Origin: Planctomycetota bacterium
GTDB taxonomy: Bacteria > Planctomycetota > PLA2 > JAEUHO01
DNA length: 64,000 nt
Assembly (NCBI GenBank): GCA_965223505.1
Contig: CBDCWP010000030.1
Location: 1 to 64,000, forward strand
Direction of reading: 5' to 3'
Shown here: in pieces, positions 28,779 to 38,144 of the stretch
Layout of the letters: every line of letters begins with the position of its first letter
How positions within the stretch are numbered: the first letter of the stretch is position 1
Program-made: the position numbers and the translations under genes
Notes under the pieces: generated by a model
Databases searched by the model: none
What the model saw: the letters and a program-made list of their open reading frames with translations, nothing else
Told to the model about the DNA's origin: nothing

Positions 28779-29882
28779 CTACGACGCGCGCCGGCGGGGC
28801 TCTTCGGGCCGCATCAACGCGTCGACCACGCGACGGAACCAGGACCTGCGCTCGTCGGCGCGGACGCGCCCCGGGCACGGCACCGTGTCGAGCAGCGCCC
28901 GCACGATCTTGTCCGCGCCGACGTCGTCCGCCTCGGCCGCGTACGAGAGCACCAGACGGTGCCGGAAGATGGCGGGCGCCAGCGCCTGCATGTCCTCGAA
29001 GTCGGGCTGGCTGCGCCCGCGCAAGCAAGCGCGCGCCTTCGCCCCGTTGACCAACGCCTGCGCGGCGCGTGGTCCCACGCCCCACTCGAGATACTCACGC
29101 ACGACGTCGGGCGCGGTCTCGCTGCCGGGACGCGATGCCTGCGCCAGCGCGACGGCGTAGTGGACGAGCTCGCGTCGCACCTCGGTGCGATAGACCGCGT
29201 CGGCGATCTCGAGGAACTCCTCGCGCGTGACGATCGGTTCGAGCTTCGTGTCGTCGCCCAACGCCGTCAGCCGGGCGATGCGCTTCTCGTCGTCCCACGA
29301 CGGGTAGTCGAGGTGCACCTTGAACAGGAAACGGTCCATCTGCGCGGCGGGCAACGGATACGTGCCCTCCTGCTCGATGGGGTTCTGCGTCGCGAGAACG
29401 ATGAACGGATCCTCGAGCTCGCGCGACACGCCGAGGCTGGTGACCTGGCGCTCTTCCATCGCCTCCATGAGCGCGGCCTGGGTCTTGGGCGGCGCGCGGT
29501 TGATCTCGTCGGCGAGGACGAGGTTCGCGAAGACCGGTCCTTTGGCGAACTTGAAGAGGCGCTCGCCCGTCGAGTGGTCCTCGAGCAGGTACTCACTGCC
29601 CGTGATGTCGGACGGCATGAGGTCGGGCGTGAACTGGATGCGCGAGAATTTCATGTCGAGCAGCTCGGACACGGTTGACAGGAGCAGGGTCTTGGCGAGA
29701 CCGGGCACGCCCTCGAGCAACGCGTGACTGCGCGTGAGCACCGTGATGAGCACTTGCTCGACGACGTCGTCGAGCCCGACGATCCGGCGGGCCGTCTCCG
29801 CCCGAAGCCTCTCCCCCGTTCGGTACACACGCTCCACGGTGGCGCGTTCGCGGTCGATGGTGTTGGCCGGGGGCGTGCTCAC
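28779..29882 (-). CDS. MoxR family AAA+ ATPase
   Basis: LLEGVPGLAKT, RIQFTPDLMPSDITG, LADEINRAPPKTQAALMEAM, ATQNPIEQEGTYPLP. Confidence 0.95.
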   Translation of the reverse strand: MSTPPANTIDRERATVERVYRTGERLRAETARRIVGLDDVVEQVLITVLTRSHALLEGVPGLAKTLLLSTVSELLDMKFSRIQFTPDLMPSDITGSEYLLEDHSTGERLFKFAKGPVFANLVLADEINRAPPKTQAALMEAMEERQVTSLGVSRELEDPFIVLATQNPIEQEGTYPLPAAQMDRFLFKVHLDYPSWDDEKRIARLTALGDDTKLEPIVTREEFLEIADAVYRTEVRRELVHYAVALAQASRPGSETAPDVVREYLEWGVGPRAAQALVNGAKARACLRGRSQPDFEDMQALAPAIFRHRLVLSYAAEADDVGADKIVRALLDTVPCPGRVRADERRSWFRRVVDALMRPEEPRRRAS

Positions 29883-29940
29883 AGGTGCCGGAGTCTACCC
29901 GCGGCTTCAGGCAGGGTCGGGGATTGTCCGCGAACCACCG

Positions 29941-32718
29941 TCACTCCCCGGGATGAACCCGCCATTCCCCGCGCGACTCGAGCTCCCCCGCCCCGAACGG
30001 CAACCGGCAGCGAACCACGACGCGGATCTCTTCGCCGATCCCCTTGCCGCCCAACGGCAGGGAGAAGGCGAGCGTCACGTCGTCGGCGAGGACGTCCATC
30101 TCGAATGTCGCCTCGCGATCTTCCGCGCTCGCGCGCCTCACGACCCGGATGAACGGCTCCTTCGCGTCCTCGGGCGTGAGGAAGCACGCGAACTCGAGGT
30201 GCGGCGTCGCCAGGCAGAGCCGATCGAACCAGTAGGTCAGCAGATAGGTGCCCGCAGGCAGCATCCCTTTCCGGACCCTGGGCGCGCGTCGAAGACCGCG
30301 CTTCCTGCCGGCGTCCTTCGTCTTGGCCCGCACCCAGACGTCGTCGAGCGGCGCGTCGAAGTGCACGGCCGCCAGGACGATGCGCGGCGCGTCCGTCTCA
30401 CGGCTGCGACTGCGCAGCACCTTCGTCCGTCGCCAGCGCACCGTCTTCGTCCACTGATCGCCATCCTCGGAGAGCAGCGACGTTTTCGGAACCACCACGA
30501 TGCTGCTCGCCCGCCCGAGCACGTACGCGTGATGCTCCTCCGTGGCGCCCGGGCGCACGAAGTCTTCGACGCAGGCGCCCATGTACGCCGCCCGGTCGAA
30601 CCCCTGCGTCTCGACGTACCGCCCCACGACAGCCCGCGTGATCACGCTCTCCAGCTGGTTGCGTCCCGGCTGCTCGTACCAGGCACAGCGAAACCCGCAG
30701 AGGCCGAAGCGATTGCCCGGATACGGCCGCGCCACCGGTCCGCTGCCGAGGAAGTTGCGCGCCGCACAACGCAAGACGACCGCGTCCTGGGTGCCCGCGT
30801 GTCCGCCGCGAATCACCTTGATCGTGCCGTCGCGATAGGCGTCCCAGCGCGTCGCGCCTTCGAAGCCGGGGTACGCGTCGAACCAGGACGACGTCCACTC
30901 GGCGACGTTGCCGAGCATCTGCTCGCAACCGCACCACGACTTGCCCTCCGGCAACGCGTCGACCCGCAACGGAATCGGGAGATACGTCTCGGGGTCGACC
31001 GTGTACCCGTTCCAGTTCACGATCTTCTTGCGTTCGGCGTCGTCGTTCGGAAGCGCGTCGCCCCACGGGAAGATGCGGCCGTCCGGACCGCGCGCCGCGT
31101 ACTCCCACTCCTGCTCCGTCGGAACGTGCTTGCCCGCCCACTGCGCGAAGCGCTCGGCGTCGAGATACGACACGCCGCGAACCGGATGGCGCCGTCGATC
31201 GTCGCGCGGCTCGATCCCCGGCCACGACGGCGGCGGACGCCGGTCGTAGAAGTGCAGCGTCAATCCGCGCGGCAACGGCTCGAACCGGAACGCCTTCGCG
31301 GTCGCATCCTCGTCGATCGACCCGTCCGCGCGCTTGACGACGAGCTTCTGCGTTCGCTCCCCGAACGCCTTCCAGATCGCGGCGCGATTCGCCTCGTACA
31401 GCTGCCGCCACGGCCGCGCATCCGGCGACTCGCGTTCCTTCGCCGAGAGCTTCAAGAGCTCGCCCGCGACCTCGTTGAGGTTGGCGAAGCTGCCCTTCGA
31501 CGTGTCGTAGGTCGTTGCATGCGCGTCGCGCAGGAAGCGCAGATACTGCTGGTTCGTCACCTCGTAGCGGTCCATGAAGAACGCGCCGACCCGGACGCGA
31601 TGCCGCGGCGCCTCGTAGCGGAACGCGGCAGCCTGGGTGGCGTCGCGTCCTTCGAGCAGCTGTACCAACCGCTTCGCGTCCGTTCCGATGACGGCGTCGC
31701 CCTCCTTCACGTACACCATCCCGCCCGGGCAGCGGTCCGACGTCGACGGGGCATCCCTCCTCGCCGGCGTCGGCGCGGGGACGGGTTCCGCGGGCGCGTG
31801 GCGCGGCGGCGCGCGCCTGGGTTGCGCCACCGGGGGCGGCGGCGCAGGCGCCTCGGACGGCTGCGGCTCGCTCGGCTGCGATTCGCTCGGTTCGCTCTCA
31901 CGAACGATCACGACGGGTGTCTCCGGCGCGACGGGCTCGGACTTGGGCGGCGAATCGGGAACGGGCGCTTCCTGAGGCTTCGCGCCGATCGTCGTCGGTT
32001 CTTCGCCGGCGATCACGGCGGCCCGCGGTTGCGGCGCGGCATCGCGCCGGCCGTGACGGTCGACCGCCCAGGCCACGCCGAGGACGACGGCCGTCAGCGC
32101 GGCCGCGGCGCCGAGGGTCTTCACTCCGCCCGCGACGAGCTCGCCGGCCGGGACGGGCATGCGCTCGCCCGTCAGAATCGGAACGAGCGCCGCCAGCCAC
32201 GCACGTCGCTGTCCGTAGCGGCGGTCCATCTCCGCGCGCAGTCGCTCGAGCCCGCGGCGCGTCTGCGTTCGTACGGTCTCGACGCGCGCGCCGGTCCGCC
32301 GCGCGACCTCACGCGGCGGGAGATCGTCGTAGAACCGCAACAGGAGCACGCTGCGATACGGCTCCTCCATCGCGAGCAGCGCGCCGACGACGCGCTGTCG
32401 AAGCTCCTCGCGTTGCAGCACGTCGGACGGATCGCGCCCGTGCGGCGCGTTCGCGACGAGCGCTCGCTTGCCCTCGACGCGCCGCCGGTCGGCGGCCTTG
32501 CGCGCGTAGCGCTTCCGCGCGAGGTTGCGGGCGACGGTCGCGAGCCAGGCGCGAGGTGAGCGCAGATCGCCGCGCGCCGGGTCGAGCGCCCGGATCCAGG
32601 TTTCCTGGACGACGTCGTCGACCTCGTTCGGATCGGGAAGCAACGCCGCTGCGACCCTGCGAACGAAGCCGTCGTGTTTGAGCAGCGCGTCGATGCGCTG
32701 CGCGGCTGCTGCGGGCAT
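29941..32718 (-). CDS. ECF sigma-70 factor fused through a TM and Pro-rich linker to an FGE/SUMF1-like domain, 925 aa
   Basis: Sigma2 DDVVQETW..AWLATVARN, sigma4 LLLRFYDDLPPREVA..TVRTQTRRGLERLR; TM AAAALTAVVLGVAW; FMDRYEVTN, PTEQEWEYAARG, MLGNVAEW, GFRC; alternative ATG 32727. Confidence 0.9.
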   Translation of the reverse strand: MPAAAAQRIDALLKHDGFVRRVAAALLPDPNEVDDVVQETWIRALDPARGDLRSPRAWLATVARNLARKRYARKAADRRRVEGKRALVANAPHGRDPSDVLQREELRQRVVGALLAMEEPYRSVLLLRFYDDLPPREVARRTGARVETVRTQTRRGLERLRAEMDRRYGQRRAWLAALVPILTGERMPVPAGELVAGGVKTLGAAAALTAVVLGVAWAVDRHGRRDAAPQPRAAVIAGEEPTTIGAKPQEAPVPDSPPKSEPVAPETPVVIVRESEPSESQPSEPQPSEAPAPPPPVAQPRRAPPRHAPAEPVPAPTPARRDAPSTSDRCPGGMVYVKEGDAVIGTDAKRLVQLLEGRDATQAAAFRYEAPRHRVRVGAFFMDRYEVTNQQYLRFLRDAHATTYDTSKGSFANLNEVAGELLKLSAKERESPDARPWRQLYEANRAAIWKAFGERTQKLVVKRADGSIDEDATAKAFRFEPLPRGLTLHFYDRRPPPSWPGIEPRDDRRRHPVRGVSYLDAERFAQWAGKHVPTEQEWEYAARGPDGRIFPWGDALPNDDAERKKIVNWNGYTVDPETYLPIPLRVDALPEGKSWCGCEQMLGNVAEWTSSWFDAYPGFEGATRWDAYRDGTIKVIRGGHAGTQDAVVLRCAARNFLGSGPVARPYPGNRFGLCGFRCAWYEQPGRNQLESVITRAVVGRYVETQGFDRAAYMGACVEDFVRPGATEEHHAYVLGRASSIVVVPKTSLLSEDGDQWTKTVRWRRTKVLRSRSRETDAPRIVLAAVHFDAPLDDVWVRAKTKDAGRKRGLRRAPRVRKGMLPAGTYLLTYWFDRLCLATPHLEFACFLTPEDAKEPFIRVVRRASAEDREATFEMDVLADDVTLAFSLPLGGKGIGEEIRVVVRCRLPFGAGELESRGEWRVHPGE

Positions 32719-32856
32719 GGGTTCCATGGTAGAGGGACCCTGCAACCGTGCTTTTCGGTTCAGTTGAAAGGGAGGGCCTCCTTTACCGTTCAGGTGAGTT
32801 GGACGATCATCGGGATTCGGGCTCGCGGCGGAGGCGGGTCGCAGAGGAGGTACGGA

Positions 32857-34083
32857 ATGAGAACCGCCACGCTTGCATGCTGCGTCCTGGCCGCGCTTTG
32901 TGTACTGCTGGGAGGCGCGCGAACGCCGCCGGCGCACGCGGACGACGCCGCGCTCGAGGCGGCGTCGGAGTGGCTCGCCTCCGTCGGTCAGACGCGCAGC
33001 GGCAAGCCTTGGCCGGTGGAGGACCTGCCCAAGCTCACGCGGATCTTCTTCGGCATGAGGGACGCCGAGAAGGTCACCGACGACGGGCTGAAGCACCTCG
33101 CCGCGCTTCCGAAGCTGTCGGAGCTCGGCATCGGGTCGGCGAAGGTGACGGACGCCGGCATGGCACGAATCGGGAAGATCGAGACGCTCACGAAGCTCGT
33201 CGTTCCGCGTGGCGTGGGCGACGCAGGCATCGCGCATCTGGTCGGTCTGCCGAAGCTGCGCTCGCTCGACGTCGGGAGCACTGCGATCACGGACGCGGCG
33301 CTCGCGTCGGTGGCGAAGATGCCGGCGTTGGAAGACCTGCGCGTCGTGGCGACCAAGGTCACCGATGCCGGCTTGGCGCATCTGCCGGCGGCGCCCAAGC
33401 TGCGCGTGCTGTGGCTGCAGAACGTGAAGGGCCTCACGGACGCGGGCATGGAACCGGTCGGCCGCGTCGCGGCGCTTGAGTTCCTCGACCTCACGCACTC
33501 GAAGATCGACGCGGGCGTGAAGCATCTCACCGGCCTGAAGAAGCTGCGCTACATCAACCTGCACGCGAACGGGACGACGGACGCAGGCGGTGTCCACCTC
33601 GGTGAGATCGAGTCCCTGGAAGAGATGACGCTCTCCGACACGAACGTCGGCGATGCCACGATGGCGTCGCTTGCGAAGCTCCCGAACCTGATCGGCATCG
33701 TCGCCTCGAAGTCGCAGGTCACCGACGCGGGCCTCGCCGCGCTCGGCAAGGCCCCCACGCTCAAGACGCTGAACGTGAACGACACACAGGTCGGAGACGC
33801 GGGCGTCTCGCATCTCGCGGCGCTGCCGGTGCTTCGGAGTCTCTCACTCAACGGCACCAAGCTCACGAACGCGGGCCTCGCACACGTCGCGAAGATGAAG
33901 TCGCTGGAGCAGCTCTACGTCAACAAGACCGGCGTGACGAACGAGGGCGTGATGGTGCTGGCCCCGCTTCCGAAGCTGCGGATCGTGTCGCTGCGCGACA
34001 CCGAGGTCGACAAGGCCGGCGGCGAGGCGCTGAAGAACGCGCTGACGCACAAGCGCCCGAAGGTCTGGACCAACAAACCGTAG
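32857..34083 (+). CDS. Secreted leucine-rich repeat protein, 408 aa
   Basis: GAGGAGG RBS; signal peptide ..PAHA; about 13 repeats of about 24 aa, LxxLxLxxTxVTDAGLxHL. Confidence 0.9.
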   Translation: MRTATLACCVLAALCVLLGGARTPPAHADDAALEAASEWLASVGQTRSGKPWPVEDLPKLTRIFFGMRDAEKVTDDGLKHLAALPKLSELGIGSAKVTDAGMARIGKIETLTKLVVPRGVGDAGIAHLVGLPKLRSLDVGSTAITDAALASVAKMPALEDLRVVATKVTDAGLAHLPAAPKLRVLWLQNVKGLTDAGMEPVGRVAALEFLDLTHSKIDAGVKHLTGLKKLRYINLHANGTTDAGGVHLGEIESLEEMTLSDTNVGDATMASLAKLPNLIGIVASKSQVTDAGLAALGKAPTLKTLNVNDTQVGDAGVSHLAALPVLRSLSLNGTKLTNAGLAHVAKMKSLEQLYVNKTGVTNEGVMVLAPLPKLRIVSLRDTEVDKAGGEALKNALTHKRPKVWTNKP

Positions 34084-34092
34084 TCCGCGACG

Positions 34093-35166
34093 TCACGACG
34101 AGCGCGCCGAGATCTCCGGTGCGGGTGCGCCCTCGAGCTCGGCCAGCGCAGCATGCGCGACGTGTTCGGGCTCGAGCTGCTCCATGCACGGATGGCCGAT
34201 CGGGCACGTCGTGAGGTGGCAGCCGAGGCAGGGCAGCGACTCGTTGCGCACGACGTGCGCTGTGCTGTGCTCGCTCCAGCGCGGATCCGTCGGCCCCATC
34301 CAGACGACCGTCGGGGTTCCCAGCGCCTCCGCGAGGTGCCGCGGTCCGGCGTCGGTCGTCAACAGGACGTCGCTACGCGCGAGCAACGCCTTGAGCTCGC
34401 CGATGTCGGCCACGCGGCTGTGCGTGGAGATGCAGTCCCCGATGCGCTCGGCGAGCTCCACCGCGAGCGCTTCCTCGCCGGGACCGCACAGGATGAGCGG
34501 CATGGCGTCGTGCGCGGCGCGAACGCGAGCGACGACGTCGACGATGTGTTTCACGGGATAACACTTCGTGTCGCCGAACGCGGCGCCGGCGTTCACGGCC
34601 AACAACGAGCGTGCGGCGAGACCCTCGAGCCGCGCGGCGGCGCGCTCTTCGTCGAACGCCGTCGTGCGGATCTCGATGCCCTGCCCGTCGTCCACCGCGC
34701 CGAACGGCGCCGCGAGGTCGAGGTACTGTTTCGTCATCGAGCGCGGTAGCAGCTCGTCCTTCTCCCCTCGCGGCAAACGGACCTTGCGCGTCAGCAACAT
34801 GCCGCCTCCGCGCAGATCGCTCCCGACGCGAACCGGGATGCGCGCGAGCACCGTCGCAAGCCGCGCCGACCAGCTGTTGGGCAGCAACAACACGGCGTCG
34901 GCCCGGATCGCGCGCAGGAGTCGTCCCGCCCGAAGCGGCGCGCGCCAGCCGCGCGCGAGACGTCCCGCGATCGGCATGACGCCGTCGCGGTACGGCAGCC
35001 CCTCGAGCGCGGCCTGCGCGGCAGGGCTGCCGGCCCAGGTGATGCGCGACGACGGCAACGCGCTTCGAAGCGCGCGCAACGCGGGCGTGGCCATCACGGC
35101 GTCGCCGAGCGGATTCGGCAGCCGAACGACCAGGTGCTTCGGCGCGTCGAGCACACCCTCGCTCAT
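34093..35166 (-). CDS. waaF: GT9 lipopolysaccharide heptosyltransferase (WaaF-like)
   Basis: RLPNPLGDAVMATP, LLPNSW, NAGAAFGDTKCYP, TTDAGPRHLA, GPTDP. Confidence 0.85.
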   Translation of the reverse strand: MSEGVLDAPKHLVVRLPNPLGDAVMATPALRALRSALPSSRITWAGSPAAQAALEGLPYRDGVMPIAGRLARGWRAPLRAGRLLRAIRADAVLLLPNSWSARLATVLARIPVRVGSDLRGGGMLLTRKVRLPRGEKDELLPRSMTKQYLDLAAPFGAVDDGQGIEIRTTAFDEERAAARLEGLAARSLLAVNAGAAFGDTKCYPVKHIVDVVARVRAAHDAMPLILCGPGEEALAVELAERIGDCISTHSRVADIGELKALLARSDVLLTTDAGPRHLAEALGTPTVVWMGPTDPRWSEHSTAHVVRNESLPCLGCHLTTCPIGHPCMEQLEPEHVAHAALAELEGAPAPEISARSS

Positions 35167-36182
35167 GCGTTCCTCACCGCGTCGAGCGCCTGCGCCACGA
35201 CGTTCACGAGCCGCGGCCCCCACGCCTCGACGGACCAATGCGAGCGGGCATCTTCCCAGGCCCGCAAGCCCATGGCACGGCGGTCCTCGGGGCGATCGAG
35301 CAGGCGCTGCAGGCCGTCGAGGAACGACGCGCCGCCGGGCGCGCCCGTCGAGAGGTAGCCCGTCTCGCCGTTTCGGACCTGATCGACCTGCACGCCCACG
35401 GCCGAGGCGACCACCGGACGGCCGACCGACATGATCTGCAGCACCCGTAGGCCGCACTTGCCGCGCGCCCACGGATCGTCCGAGAGCGGCGCCAGGCCGA
35501 TGTGCGCCCCCAGCAGCGCGTCCCGCCAGGCGTCGAGCCGCCACGGCACGTGCTCGACGACGATCCCGGTGGGCATCGAAGGGGCGACGTCGCTGATGAC
35601 GCGCAGCCGAAAGCGCCGGCCTGCCGTCACCAGCGCCGAGAAGACGGCGGCGCGATCCTGCAGGTACGGGACCGTCGCGCGCGACCCGATCCAGCCGAGG
35701 ACCGGCTCGCCGTCGGGCTCGGGCGGCGGCGGCTCCGCAGGCACCTCGACGACGGTCGGAACGACGCGGGCGTCGGCGCCGAGATCGCGCACGAGCTCGC
35801 GCAGGTACGCGTTGCCGGCAATGACGAGATCGGCGGCGGCGACGACGAACGCGAAGCGCCGCGCACGGGTCCGCGAGCGCGTCGCGCCACGGCTGCTGTC
35901 GCGGTACGGAAGCGCGTCGTCGAAGTCGAAGATCAGTCGCCGCGCCGCGGCGCGCATCTTGCGCACGGTGTAGAGCGACATGAGGCGCGACGAGACGACG
36001 ACCGCGTCCGCGCGGGCCGCTCGCTGAAGCGCCTCCCGACGGCCGGCGAACCCCTTCGGCCACGGCACGACCTCGAGCTCGATCCCGGCGTCACGCAGGT
36101 GCGTGTCGAACATGCGCCACCGATGCCGCACGACGGGACCGTCCGGATCCGACGAGATCACGACCAGGGTTCGCGTAGCCAC
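35163..36182 (-). CDS. Glycosyltransferase family 4
   Basis: FDFDDA, VIAGNAYL, VPTVV, GWIGS, RGKCGLR.LQ.M..G.PVVASAVG; GTG start 36182. Confidence 0.85.
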   Translation of the reverse strand: MATRTLVVISSDPDGPVVRHRWRMFDTHLRDAGIELEVVPWPKGFAGRREALQRAARADAVVVSSRLMSLYTVRKMRAAARRLIFDFDDALPYRDSSRGATRSRTRARRFAFVVAAADLVIAGNAYLRELVRDLGADARVVPTVVEVPAEPPPPEPDGEPVLGWIGSRATVPYLQDRAAVFSALVTAGRRFRLRVISDVAPSMPTGIVVEHVPWRLDAWRDALLGAHIGLAPLSDDPWARGKCGLRVLQIMSVGRPVVASAVGVQVDQVRNGETGYLSTGAPGGASFLDGLQRLLDRPEDRRAMGLRAWEDARSHWSVEAWGPRLVNVVAQALDAVRNA

Positions 36183-36204
36183 GCCGAGAGCGTACACGCG
36201 CCGG

Positions 36205-37365
36205 CTACGACCGAGCGCGACGGAGTTGCGCCGTCCGTTCGCGGCAGACATCCAGCACACGGTCCAGGCGCGTGACCTCCTGGTTCTTGAGCGCGAGGTA
36301 GCGCGCATCGTCCGCGGTCGTCGCGCGCAGGTCGTCGTCGGCGAGCACGCGCAGTGCAACCGCCAGCGCTTCCGGATTCCCCGGCTCCTCGATCACGATG
36401 CCGCCGCGCTGTCCCATCACGTCGCGCACGCCGTTGATCGGCGTCGTGACGACGGGCGTGCCCATGGAGAGCGCTTCCAGACACACCAGCGAACACGGGT
36501 CGTACCACGTCGGGTGAACCAGCACGTCCGCCGCCGCGTACAGCGGACGCGGGTCGGCGGCATCTTCGACGATCGAGAGCCGGTCATCGACGCCCAGCTG
36601 CTTCGCGCGTTGCCGCAGCCGCCGGGACGGACGCGCCCCGGCGACGATCAGCCGGAACGAGGGCTCGAGCCCCGCGACCTCGGGCCGGGTCAACGCCTCG
36701 AGCGCCGTCTCGAGTCCTTTGAGCGCGAGATTGCGTGCGATGAGGAGGCCGACGTAGGCACCGTCCAGTCCCAGCTTCGCGCGTGCGTCGCGACCGGCCC
36801 GCGCGAACGGCTCGGGATCGAAGTGATCGGTGTCGACGCCGTTGATCACCGCGACGACGCGGTGGGCGCACGCCGGATACGCGCGTTGCATGCGTCTTGC
36901 CAGACTCTGCGACACGGCGATCACGACGGGCCCCCGCTCGTCTCCCAACAAGGCCCGCTCGGCCTTCAAGAAGAACTCGTGTTTGCGACTGAACGTGCGC
37001 GCGATCGTCTTGAGCACACCGGCGCCGCCGCGCGCGGCGTCCTTGGCGTCACGCGCTTCCTGCACCAGTCCGCCGTGCGGCAGGTAGACGTCGCAATCCG
37101 ACGCGTGCCGAAAGGCGAGGACGACGTCGCATCCGGCGGCACGCAACGCGCGCGCGCCGTCGCCGGCGAACGCCTCGTCGCACTCCGGCCGCGGGCCGCC
37201 CGCCCGCACCTCGATGTGCGCGGCGCCCTCCGGCGGGGCGCCCCGCATCGACGCGAGCACCACGTCGTCGCCCTGCGCGAGCGCGCGCTTCATCAGCGCG
37301 TCCGTGTGCCGCTCCGCGCCGCCGTAGGGCGGCGTGAAGTCGTCCAACAAGACGCCGAGCTTCAT
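36205..37365 (-). CDS. Glycosyltransferase family 4 (WaaG-like LPS core)
   Basis: YGGAER, NGVD, LKGL, HPTWYDPCSLVCLEA..G.PVVTT. Confidence 0.88.
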   Translation of the reverse strand: MKLGVLLDDFTPPYGGAERHTDALMKRALAQGDDVVLASMRGAPPEGAAHIEVRAGGPRPECDEAFAGDGARALRAAGCDVVLAFRHASDCDVYLPHGGLVQEARDAKDAARGGAGVLKTIARTFSRKHEFFLKAERALLGDERGPVVIAVSQSLARRMQRAYPACAHRVVAVINGVDTDHFDPEPFARAGRDARAKLGLDGAYVGLLIARNLALKGLETALEALTRPEVAGLEPSFRLIVAGARPSRRLRQRAKQLGVDDRLSIVEDAADPRPLYAAADVLVHPTWYDPCSLVCLEALSMGTPVVTTPINGVRDVMGQRGGIVIEEPGNPEALAVALRVLADDDLRATTADDARYLALKNQEVTRLDRVLDVCRERTAQLRRARS

Positions 37366-38144
37366 GACACGCCGCCCGGCCGCGCGGCGTCACCGACGGG
37401 GGTGCGTGGTACATGCCGCTTGACGCGTCGCACCTTGCGCTGAACGCGGCGGACCAGGCCGGGCACGACACCGCGGCGCGGAAGCTTGTGCGCGCGCAAG
37501 TAGCGGATCAGGAACCGCGTCTGTTCGCTGTCCGAGACCGTGCCCTCGGGAATGGACGACGCGAGCGCGCCCAGGTCCTTCACGACCCAGCGGCCCAAGG
37601 CGCGGCGGTGCCGCGCCAGCCGCTCGAGATCGATGAGCGCGCACGTGTCGGACCGGTCTGGATCGACGTAGACGTGATTGAGATAGAGATCGCGATGGTG
37701 CAGCCCGGCGTTGTGAAGCGACGCGGTGGCGCGGGCCAGCGCGCGAAGCACGTGGCGCCGCTGCCGATCGTCGAGCCGGCCCTCGCGCAGCAGGTCGTCG
37801 AGCGGGCGCGCGGGCGCGAGATCGAACGTGCCGGTCACGGCGCCGAGCGTTGGATCGTGTCCCTGGAACGCGAGTCGCGCCGTCGGCACGCCCGCCTGTT
37901 CGCAGCGCCGAAGCGCGTGCGCTTCGCGCGGCAGCCCGTCGCGCAGGTTGCGGCCGCGGATCGACTTCGTCCGCTTCACGAAGATCCGGCGCGCGCCGAC
38001 CGAGAGCACGTGATTCGAACGATCCGGCAGGTCGCGCACCGCCTCGGCGCGCTCGATCACGTCGCCGACCGACGCGATCCCCTCGGCGTCGAGCGCGGCG
38101 AGCGCTTCGCTCGGTCCGTCGAGGCGGCCCGCGGCGGCGCTCAT
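37362..38144 (-). CDS. Lipopolysaccharide kinase, WaaP/Kdo/InaA family
   Basis: IFVKR, HRDLYLNH, LIDLER, KDLGAL; ATGA overlaps on both sides. Confidence 0.85.
   Translation of the reverse strand: MSAAAGRLDGPSEALAALDAEGIASVGDVIERAEAVRDLPDRSNHVLSVGARRIFVKRTKSIRGRNLRDGLPREAHALRRCEQAGVPTARLAFQGHDPTLGAVTGTFDLAPARPLDDLLREGRLDDRQRRHVLRALARATASLHNAGLHHRDLYLNHVYVDPDRSDTCALIDLERLARHRRALGRWVVKDLGALASSIPEGTVSDSEQTRFLIRYLRAHKLPRRGVVPGLVRRVQRKVRRVKRHVPRTPVGDAARPGGVS

Noticed and set aside
34547..34563. parS-like tgtttcacgggataaca
   Set aside because: Four mismatches to TGTTTCACGTGAAACA, not palindromic, and inside the waaF coding sequence.
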